64,000 bases of DNA, taken from the IMG/VR virus record IMGVR_UViG_3300047499_000113, positions 1 to 64,000 of that record, one strand, 5' to 3'. Made by a program: the position numbers and the translations under genes. How positions within the stretch are numbered: position 1 is the first letter of the stretch; every line of letters begins with the position of its first letter. This document shows positions 56,713 through 64,000 of the stretch, one piece after another. A model generated the notes under the pieces. That model saw only the letters and a list, made by a program, of their open reading frames with translations, was not told the origin of the DNA and ran no database searches.

Positions 56713-57291
56713 TCAGACAATCTTCCCAATACCTGGGCCAGCAGAAGCTACGATATTCGGCGTTCCAACCAAAGCGGTAACTCCGATAGCTGAAGCGATC
56801 ACGGCGTCAAGGCCAAGACCGACCGCCAAACCCAGATTGGTTGACATGGTTCCCATCATACCGGCTGTTTTGAACGCCGCAGCAAATAGACCGCCTCCGG
56901 AACCGTTCGGAATGAGCTGCAGTTTTCCCACGCCGATGCCGACCAGAGGATTCGTGAGTTGGACCTGAGCGGCCACGAGTGAAACCGATATCCCAAGGGA
57001 GATGGCATTCGCCTGCGCAGGCATCATTGGGCCGATGATCCCGTGTCCAGCAAGACTTGCGGTCATGGCTGGGAGGAGCAAGCCTTCCGAGAGCACAATG
57101 GTTGGACAGATTCCTTGTCCGACGCCCAGGGTTCCTGCATCGATGGAAGTGACGGTTATCCCTGCCTGCAGATACTGAAGGAGCCCCAACGCCAGGCCAG
57201 TAGCGAATTGCGTGACGCTTGGGCCAATCTGCGCATTGGCCTCGAGCGTATCTAGAAAGATGGCTGTAACAGAGCCCGGAGTGAGTGCCAT
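56713..57291 (-). CDS. Gly-rich spike-associated structural protein
   Basis: 192 aa directly after the spike gene; three internal Gly/Ala-rich helical repeats (A-x-A/G-(I/L/V)-x-LG). Confidence 0.6.
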   Translation of the reverse strand: MALTPGSVTAIFLDTLEANAQIGPSVTQFATGLALGLLQYLQAGITVTSIDAGTLGVGQGICPTIVLSEGLLLPAMTASLAGHGIIGPMMPAQANAISLGISVSLVAAQVQLTNPLVGIGVGKLQLIPNGSGGGLFAAAFKTAGMMGTMSTNLGLAVGLGLDAVIASAIGVTALVGTPNIVASAGPGIGKIV

Positions 57292-57292
57292 T

Positions 57293-59659
57293 TCAACCCA
57301 AGGAGATGTTGGGAACGCCGAGCAGAGGAATACCGACTATGTAGTCCAGCATCGGCGAAGGCGGACCCGGGATACCCGCCACTGCGAATCCAACTGCGCC
57401 AGCTCCGATGGCGACCACAGGCGCTACGATGGAAGCCAGGACGCCGCTCGTGAGCGTCGCAGCAAGAGATGAGGTCAAAGACATCGGACCAGCGCCGGCG
57501 GTCAGGGCTAGGTTACCCGCTCCGACCGTGACCGCGAAGTTTCCCGTTCCGACGTTCTGCAGAAGATTACCCGCCGCCACCGTGGAGATGAAGTTGCCGG
57601 CGGTGCACGTATCGGTGATTCCTGTGCCCGCGACCACCGTCCGAGCGAATCCGCCGACAAGAGCGGTGCTGCTGTCGATGCCGGTCAGAAGGGTCTTGAT
57701 GTGTCCAAGTGCGTAGGACGTCATCACGGGCTGCGTGCCCACATACTGCTTCTGCGTGTTGCCGAGGACGGTCTCTCCGAGGTCACCCATGCAGGTCGTC
57801 GCCTGTCCACCGGGACCGGCGGCGAGAGTGATTTTCTGACCCGACTGCGCGTTCTCGCCGCCGGCATTGTTGATGATGCTGCCCTGCCAGGTCACCATCT
57901 TGGTCCCGGTGCCCGCTTCGAGAACGGAACCTAGGTATCGACTATCATCGGCGACGCCCGTGCCTGGGTCAGCATTGTGATTCTTGACGATGCCGCCCTG
58001 CAGATTCAGGACGATGGAAGCGCCCGAGTAGGTACCTCCCGTGAGTCTTCCGATATCGAGGTTCACACCACCCGTCATGCGAATGTCGACGCTGGTGTTG
58101 TTATTGTTCTCGTCAGCACCAATGATCGCCTTGACGAGCCCGAGAATGTTGAGGTCGACCGACTTTCCCTTCTCCTCGGGCTCGCCGGCCTGCGTCTTCG
58201 GGATATGGCAGAGGACTTTGCCTTCCTTGGTGATTCCGAAGACGTACTGATTGGTGCTGCCCGGGTAGGGCGAGTAGAGACGAAAGAGACGCGCGAGACC
58301 CACGGCGTCCATCACGCCGAGACGGTTCACGGTATCGACAGGTTCGAATGCTGGTCCGCTACTTGGGATTCCCTGATCCGGATTGTTGAATACGCGCATG
58401 CCGAGCACGCGCTTGTAAAGCGGCCTACCGGAATCTGTGAAGAAATCGTTGCCGACTACTGTGCCGAGGACGTCCTCGATGTAGACCGGAGCCGGCGAGT
58501 CGATCTGAAACCCGTCTCCTTCCTCGGTGACAGCCATGGTGCCGTCCGAGAGGTGCTGTATCTCTCTGCGATCCTCCGTGTAAGCGAGAGTCGTCTGAGC
58601 GAAGCTGTTGGCGGGTTCACCCTGGACGATGTATGAGACGTGCTGGCCGTCCGGCATGACGACCGGCGGATAGAAGACGAGAGTGTTCGTGTCTCCCGGC
58701 TGGGTCTTGGAAGTGTTCTCCGGGTTGATGCTGTAACCCGCCGGCGTCGTTTGGTCTTGGAAGTTGAGGGTTCCGTCCGCGTTGATGAGTCCGAATCCGA
58801 GCAGAGTGTCGTACGCCGGATTTCGGTCGATGGGCTCGCCGTTGGCGTCGAGCGTGGTGGACGTCCCTGGCGAGATGACCTGCGCGGGCTGGTCATTATT
58901 GTCCAGAGGGTAAAGATCCGGCAGGAATGCGAAGGCGTTGCGCTTGATGAGCCCGCGGCGATAGTAGCCCGCGGCGTTGGCCGTGAATTCGTTGCGGACT
59001 TGAAGGATGGCGCTCTGGTCCGAATCGCGTAGCCGGATCTCGTTGCCAGCCCGGTTCGTCAGGAGCACATCCCTGTCGAGGATCATGTCCGAGCCGCCGC
59101 TCGAGGAAGCGATATAATCTCCTGGATAACCCTTCCTCGCCTTGAGTCGAATGACTCCAAGATTCTGCCGCGGGTCGTCGGCGAGAGTCGGGTCTATCTG
59201 AAGGACTGCCGCAGCGTCAGCGGGGTTCGCCGAGGAGAACGGCTCGTAATCCCGAGCGATGAACGTGCCGGGAGAGAGAAAAGTCAGGATGTATGGCCTG
59301 AAGCCGCGACCGTGAGCGTCGAACTTCTTCCACCCGATGATGACCTTGGAGCCGGGCTCCGGGATGTTTCCTGACCAGCTCCTTGGACCTGCGCCGCCGG
59401 AGCCGGGGATGGGAACGTCGTGGTACTCGCCCTGCATCGAGTCCACGCGAACCGAGCAAACCATCGTCTCGGTGTCGACGTGGATGATGTGTCCAGCGTG
59501 AAGGTAGGCATACTGCTCGCGACCGACGTTCGTCGCTTGCTTGGCGCCGCCCGGGTATCGTCCAGGGTCACGGCTCGGTATGACGGGGCCATGCGGCCTG
59601 TCCGGCAGATCCGCGGGACCTCTCCTGCTTCCAGTACCACCACCAGTCGGACCGGCCAT
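57293..59659 (-). CDS. Baseplate central spike, gpV/gp5-like
   Basis: N-terminal OB-fold pattern GHIIHVD...VCSV...IPEPGSKVIIGW; C-terminal beta-helix-like xxAGN repeats; start ATG 59659 or GTG 59680. Confidence 0.7.
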   Translation of the reverse strand: MAGPTGGGTGSRRGPADLPDRPHGPVIPSRDPGRYPGGAKQATNVGREQYAYLHAGHIIHVDTETMVCSVRVDSMQGEYHDVPIPGSGGAGPRSWSGNIPEPGSKVIIGWKKFDAHGRGFRPYILTFLSPGTFIARDYEPFSSANPADAAAVLQIDPTLADDPRQNLGVIRLKARKGYPGDYIASSSGGSDMILDRDVLLTNRAGNEIRLRDSDQSAILQVRNEFTANAAGYYRRGLIKRNAFAFLPDLYPLDNNDQPAQVISPGTSTTLDANGEPIDRNPAYDTLLGFGLINADGTLNFQDQTTPAGYSINPENTSKTQPGDTNTLVFYPPVVMPDGQHVSYIVQGEPANSFAQTTLAYTEDRREIQHLSDGTMAVTEEGDGFQIDSPAPVYIEDVLGTVVGNDFFTDSGRPLYKRVLGMRVFNNPDQGIPSSGPAFEPVDTVNRLGVMDAVGLARLFRLYSPYPGSTNQYVFGITKEGKVLCHIPKTQAGEPEEKGKSVDLNILGLVKAIIGADENNNNTSVDIRMTGGVNLDIGRLTGGTYSGASIVLNLQGGIVKNHNADPGTGVADDSRYLGSVLEAGTGTKMVTWQGSIINNAGGENAQSGQKITLAAGPGGQATTCMGDLGETVLGNTQKQYVGTQPVMTSYALGHIKTLLTGIDSSTALVGGFARTVVAGTGITDTCTAGNFISTVAAGNLLQNVGTGNFAVTVGAGNLALTAGAGPMSLTSSLAATLTSGVLASIVAPVVAIGAGAVGFAVAGIPGPPSPMLDYIVGIPLLGVPNISLG

Positions 59660-59691
59660 GTTCAACGGTACGATCACCAAAAGGTTTAGGC

Positions 59692-60093
59692 ATGGCGAAG
59701 GTACTCATTCAGGTCTGCACGATGGCTGGGGCGCTGATCGATAACGGCAAGTGGATGGTCGATTTCCCGGCCTCGCTTCAGCAGGACCAAACGGTGTCCT
59801 TCAGCATGCCGATCAAGGACGCCGCGCTGATCGGATACCTCGGCAAGGTCCAGCAGCGGAGCTGCATCGTCGACAAGGAAGGCAACGATTACGTTGTCTC
59901 CGTGTCCTGCAAGGTCATGCGGATCCGCCACATGGTCAACACGACGAGCCACACGGCGGAGTCGATGGCGTACGCCACACCTGAAGACCGGCTCGCCGAA
60001 CACGTAATGCTCTATATGCTCATTCCGAGCAAGTGCGATCCGAAGTTCGTGCGCGTCGTGCGAGGAGCTGCCGCAGCTCCGCCGGCGGCCTAA
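59692..60093 (+). CDS. Hypothetical protein on the opposite strand within the baseplate operon
   Basis: 133 aa with GC3-rich codons; stop overlaps the stop of the convergent hub gene. Confidence 0.65.
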   Translation: MAKVLIQVCTMAGALIDNGKWMVDFPASLQQDQTVSFSMPIKDAALIGYLGKVQQRSCIVDKEGNDYVVSVSCKVMRIRHMVNTTSHTAESMAYATPEDRLAEHVMLYMLIPSKCDPKFVRVVRGAAAAPPAA

Positions 60094-63000
60094 GCACTAC
60101 CTTTAACCGTGCCCGGGTAGTAGCCCGACGTGTCAGTGCTCGGAAGAGAATCCGCCTGCTGCTGCGCGAGTTGCTGATTCGTCGTCGGGTTGAGAATCGC
60201 GCTACGGATGTTCGGCGTCGGCTGAACAATGGTGGCTTGCACCTGGGGAGCCGGCTGGGTGATGGTCACGTCAGACACAGGCGCAGGGACAGGGACTTGC
60301 GGAGTCTGCTGAGTGACCACGCCGGATGGCGGATTCGTAGTGACCGAGAACTGCGGCGCTCCGGGCGTGGCTTGCGCCAGGCTCTGATTGATTGAAGTCT
60401 CGCCGTTGTTCCATGCTTGACTGAAGGCCGCCACCGCGTTGCCTGTCTGATTGAAGTTGAAGTTGACCTGGCTTTGGAGTTGTTGAAGGGCGCTCGGGTT
60501 CCCGAGCGCCGCTTGACTGAACATCGGGAACTGAGTCGGGTCTCCGAGCACGTTCCCTTGCGTATCGGCATTGAATAGGTTGTTGACGACGCCAAGGCTC
60601 TGGCCCGTATCCTGAAGCTCACGCTGCGCGTTGCCCTGCTGGTACTGCTGCGAGAACTGTTGACCGAGATAGATGCCCAGCTGGGTGAAAAAGTCCGACG
60701 GGCTCGCGGCGCCAATGATAGCACCGGTCGGATTCGTCACCTGGAATCCGTCGCCCGCGCCAGCACCGAGCACGTCGTTGATCTGCTGGTTGGAAAAGGC
60801 TGTGCCTGTGGGCACGAGCTGAGAGCCTCCTTGGAGAACTGCCTGGATGAGACTTTGCGGAAGGATCGTCAGCCACTCGGCTCGATCGAGACCGCAAGCA
60901 CAGTTCGGTGCCGCGTTATCCAGGCCCTGAATGCTCACCTGAGGAGAAAGCTCTCCAAGCGTAGTTGCATCTCGTATCTGATCGGCCTCAATCCACACGC
61001 CTTGGCCAGTGTTCTGCGCCATATTGGTCGTGTACGTGGCCTGGCTCGTGAACTGGATCTGGCTGACCTGGCCGGTCGGAGAGCCCGTTCCCTGAAAGCT
61101 CGCTCCTGTGACCCAATCTTCGGGCTGCATCGTCTCGAACTGCGCCGCGAAGTTGACAGAAGAAGCCATTCCGGGCTGCACAGGCGTGGCGTCGGACAAG
61201 ATTCCGGCCGTGGCCGCGAACTGAATGTTGAGCTGGTTGACTGTTTGACCCGGAGTGGTGGCAGTCGGGCCCGCGGAGATCTGCACGCCACCTTGATCGA
61301 TGAAGGCTCCTCGTCCGTACCTGTAGTGTCCGACCACTTCGAATCCGAACTCGTCCGAGACAGGCCGGATGATGATGTTGAGAGAAGGAAGAATCCGGAG
61401 GTTGCCGTAACCCTGTTGGATCTGTGCGAGCTTCTGCTGCGCGGCCGTGAGAGTTGCCGTCGCCATCATCACCGTCTGCTGGGCGGCGGTCACAGCGTCA
61501 GATTGGGCAGTAGACTGCGTGTTGGTGGCAGTCGCCGCGGTCCCGGTGCCGGTCGGGTTAGTGGTGTTGCCTGTATTTGTAGTGCTGTTGCCTGCAGCAG
61601 CGGCATTTTTCGCCTTCTGCGCAGCGACAAGCGCCGTGTTCGCAGCGGTGACCTGAGCCTGCGCGGCCTTCACTGCGGCCTGCGCTGCCGCGATGTTCTG
61701 CGCTATTTGCTGCTGGTTCTGCTGCTGAAGTTGCTGATAGCTTGCAGTATTTGTACTGCCGCCGAGGATCTGCAGAATCGGTTGCGGCGTATTGGGGTCG
61801 ACGGTGCCAGCACCCCACGTGATAGAAGTGGCAGGAATAACCGCAATATCCTTGAAAACACTGCCTTGGTCCCACGCGTAGTCGTAGGCACCGGCATTCG
61901 TCATCCCAGCTTCATACCTATGCGCGCGCAGACGTTGCAGAAGCTGACCTTTCTGATCATCCTGCAAGTGCTTGAGGATGTCGAGCTGGATCGTGTTGTA
62001 GGACAGCTGCGTTCCGGTCGTCGAAGTAGACCCGGGAACCTTATGCTGCTGATTCTGGTTGGGCGCTGACTGCGTAGATCCGAACGATTGGATAATCTTC
62101 TGCAGGTTGTCGCCGTTGAGCTGCGACCGGAACACCATCACCACATTCGGGAACCCGAGCAACTGACCGCTCTTCGGGTCACGAATGGCAACGGGTTGCC
62201 CTGCGGTAACCTGGTTTCCTTGCGTCTGTGCGAGACCAGAACTCGCCCCAGCCTGGTCGGGGAACGTGATGGAGTACGTGTTCTCCGTTCCTTGGACGGT
62301 CTTGTTCGGGCTCGTCGTATTGAAATTCTTGACCGTGACCGACTTCGTGCCCGATTGCTTGATGACGCCGATGTTGTTCGGCGCAATGAACGGTTGGCGC
62401 CTCGCGATGAGGGTCAGAGTGGTCGTAGCTTGGCCACCAACCGAGAACTGGTGCGCGATTCCCTGGATGTAAAAGAACGAGTTGTAGTAGGGAACCCAAA
62501 CAGGGAATCCCAGGCGCAGTTCCGGGCGCATCGGGATGGTGATGGTCCCGTTCTGACGTTTGGCGTTGGTCCGGTCGAGATAGTCCATCAAGTGGAAGAA
62601 GAGCTTGCGAGGGTCGCCAGCCCACTCAGTGGAGTAGTCGAGACGTCGGAAACCATAACGCCTCAGCAGGTGGAAATCGAAGACGCCGGTGCGCGGAGTC
62701 GTGATTTCGTCGTTCAGACCCCAATCCATCACGCCACCGAACGCATTGCCGCTCGAGGTGATGTGCGTGTAGACTTCTTGCTCGGTGTCAGTCAGGCTGT
62801 CGTCGATGATCTCGAAGTCGTTGATCCACGACACCGGCTTGTTCGGGATGACGTTCAGATTGTAGAACGGCGGCTTGAAGACGATGTCGCCACACGGGTC
62901 GCAGAAGAACTCGTAAGCGATCTGGTCGCGAGCCTGGAGAGCGACGGAGAGTTTCGTCTGGATCTCGTTTTGGAACAACTCGACGTCGCCGGCTTTCACG

Positions 63001-63884
63001 AGTTCCTTCTTGAACGTCGCGATTTCTGACGGCTGAATGGTGAAAAGCTGCGTCTCCTGGTTTTGGTTGGCCAGCTTCTGCTCGTTCTGGAGCATCGGCT
63101 CAAAGAGTTGGACCGGGGAGACCGTGCCGCCGCCACCCGTGAACTGATACGATTGTCCCGAGGACCCGTAAAGGACGAGACTGTTCCAGATATTCGAGAA
63201 TTTGTACTGCCAATAGGTCATGATGTCTTTAGCGTAGGAGCCAATGACACCCTTCTCCGGACCTTTCTCGGGCAGGAATGAAGTGAAGGAGCCCGTACTG
63301 AGCGAGAAGTCGCCCATCGCCTCCTTCGCGAGCTGGATGATGGTCGTATAGGGGTTGAGCCCGGCGAACTGGTTTTGCCAGAGCTGGTAACCGCCGGCGC
63401 TCGATCCGAAGCTCTCGAGGAATGCAGGGTTGATGGTGACGTTGGTGACTTCCCACCAACGCAGAATATCCTTGCATTGGATCTGGATAGTCGTGCTTCC
63501 GCCCGACCAGTCCTTCGTCACGCTCGAGACGACACCCCAAAAGATGCGGTAATATTGGGGAAATCCGCCAATGAGGTAGTAGCCCTTGGCGTAGATTTCG
63601 ACCTCCATCATCGGAATGACGACGAACTGTCCGTTGACGTAGAACGTGTTGACGTCGTTGTCCGGGATGGTCAACGTGATGGTGGCCGAACCTGGCGGCG
63701 AATCGACGCTGGCCTCTGTGGAGATGCCCGTGATGTAGTCGTTGAAGTTGATCGGTTGTTGGCATTCGCCGCACGCGATGATGGACGTCTCGCCCTGGAG
63801 GGCGACATACACGTCCGGCGCGATCGTCACATACGGACGAGTATTGGGTGCCCACGTACCGCGGAAGCCAGAGATCCTAGGCAT
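60090..63884 (-). CDS. Baseplate hub / tail protein, gpD (late control D)/Mu gp44-like, with long C-terminal extension
   Basis: SVDSPPGSATITL, YEFFCDPCGDIVFKPPFY, GTITIPMRPELRLGFPV...YIQGIAHQFSVGGQATTTLTL. Confidence 0.75.
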   Translation of the reverse strand: MPRISGFRGTWAPNTRPYVTIAPDVYVALQGETSIIACGECQQPINFNDYITGISTEASVDSPPGSATITLTIPDNDVNTFYVNGQFVVIPMMEVEIYAKGYYLIGGFPQYYRIFWGVVSSVTKDWSGGSTTIQIQCKDILRWWEVTNVTINPAFLESFGSSAGGYQLWQNQFAGLNPYTTIIQLAKEAMGDFSLSTGSFTSFLPEKGPEKGVIGSYAKDIMTYWQYKFSNIWNSLVLYGSSGQSYQFTGGGGTVSPVQLFEPMLQNEQKLANQNQETQLFTIQPSEIATFKKELVKAGDVELFQNEIQTKLSVALQARDQIAYEFFCDPCGDIVFKPPFYNLNVIPNKPVSWINDFEIIDDSLTDTEQEVYTHITSSGNAFGGVMDWGLNDEITTPRTGVFDFHLLRRYGFRRLDYSTEWAGDPRKLFFHLMDYLDRTNAKRQNGTITIPMRPELRLGFPVWVPYYNSFFYIQGIAHQFSVGGQATTTLTLIARRQPFIAPNNIGVIKQSGTKSVTVKNFNTTSPNKTVQGTENTYSITFPDQAGASSGLAQTQGNQVTAGQPVAIRDPKSGQLLGFPNVVMVFRSQLNGDNLQKIIQSFGSTQSAPNQNQQHKVPGSTSTTGTQLSYNTIQLDILKHLQDDQKGQLLQRLRAHRYEAGMTNAGAYDYAWDQGSVFKDIAVIPATSITWGAGTVDPNTPQPILQILGGSTNTASYQQLQQQNQQQIAQNIAAAQAAVKAAQAQVTAANTALVAAQKAKNAAAAGNSTTNTGNTTNPTGTGTAATATNTQSTAQSDAVTAAQQTVMMATATLTAAQQKLAQIQQGYGNLRILPSLNIIIRPVSDEFGFEVVGHYRYGRGAFIDQGGVQISAGPTATTPGQTVNQLNIQFAATAGILSDATPVQPGMASSVNFAAQFETMQPEDWVTGASFQGTGSPTGQVSQIQFTSQATYTTNMAQNTGQGVWIEADQIRDATTLGELSPQVSIQGLDNAAPNCACGLDRAEWLTILPQSLIQAVLQGGSQLVPTGTAFSNQQINDVLGAGAGDGFQVTNPTGAIIGAASPSDFFTQLGIYLGQQFSQQYQQGNAQRELQDTGQSLGVVNNLFNADTQGNVLGDPTQFPMFSQAALGNPSALQQLQSQVNFNFNQTGNAVAAFSQAWNNGETSINQSLAQATPGAPQFSVTTNPPSGVVTQQTPQVPVPAPVSDVTITQPAPQVQATIVQPTPNIRSAILNPTTNQQLAQQQADSLPSTDTSGYYPGTVKGSA

Positions 63885-64000
63885 CAGAACCCCGGCCCAA
63901 AATTACCGCTGTTGGGGCTGTTGATGCCCGGCGGAACAGCTCCAGCCGGAGTGAACCCAGAGCCCGGTTGGCCGTACGTCGAGATGAAGGTGTCCGACAC
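63884..64000 (-). CDS. 3' end of upstream tail gene (partial)
   Basis: Open from 64000 (VSDTFISTYGQPGSGFTPAGAVPPGINSPNSGNFGPGF*) with TGATG overlap onto the hub start. Confidence 0.65.
   Translation of the reverse strand: MSDTFISTYGQPGSGFTPAGAVPPGINSPNSGNFGPGF

Larger units (their letters stand above)
1..64000 (-). mobile_element. Segment of a large myovirus-like phage genome (tail/baseplate, putative lysis and replication modules)
   Basis: Tightly coupled minus-strand genes (many TGATG/TAATG overlaps); baseplate J, gp25, gpI, gpV and gpD-like genes next to DnaB, SNF2 and HNH genes; no bacterial housekeeping genes. Confidence 0.9.

Noticed and set aside
5521-62069. Long plus-strand ORFs (e.g. 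5521..7287, 14115..16175, 35525..37843, 60660..62069)
   Set aside because: Arg/Val/Asp-rich mirror frames expected opposite GC3-biased genes; no motifs.
29669-63884. Bacterial extracellular contractile injection system or tailocin rather than phage
   Set aside because: Contiguous with phage-type DnaB/loader/SNF2 genes and a homing endonuclease, with no host genes; capsid genes are simply not in this window, so the phage call remains an inference.
1-64000. tRNA, rRNA or Rho-independent terminators
   Set aside because: Intergenic gaps are nearly all under about 105 nt; I saw no cloverleaf or convincing hairpin plus U-tract.

Overview
GC-rich, gene-dense segment of a large contractile-tailed (myovirus/jumbo-like) phage genome, almost all on the minus strand. 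In transcription order (right to left) it holds: baseplate hub (gpD-like), spike (gpV/gp5-like), large wedge/structural proteins, an AT-rich tandem-HNH endonuclease, gp25-like, baseplate J-like and gpI-like genes, a collagen fibre, and giant fibre/baseplate proteins with an unfamiliar His-pair repeat that always occurs in sets of three. Next come a cassette of paralogous receptor-binding-like genes (three adaptor proteins, two with beta-propellers and one lectin-like, plus three C1q/BclA-like domains) and a putative lysis cassette (holin-like, lipoprotein, papain-family peptidase, lipoprotein). The replication genes follow (SNF2 helicase, degenerate DnaC-like loader, DnaB). At the left edge, missed by the ORF track, is the 5' part of a major vault protein (MVP)-like gene. 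Asp/Gly/Ala/Pro-rich, Cys-rich lipoproteins suggest a myxobacterial host (inference). All family calls come from motif recognition by eye; no searches were run.
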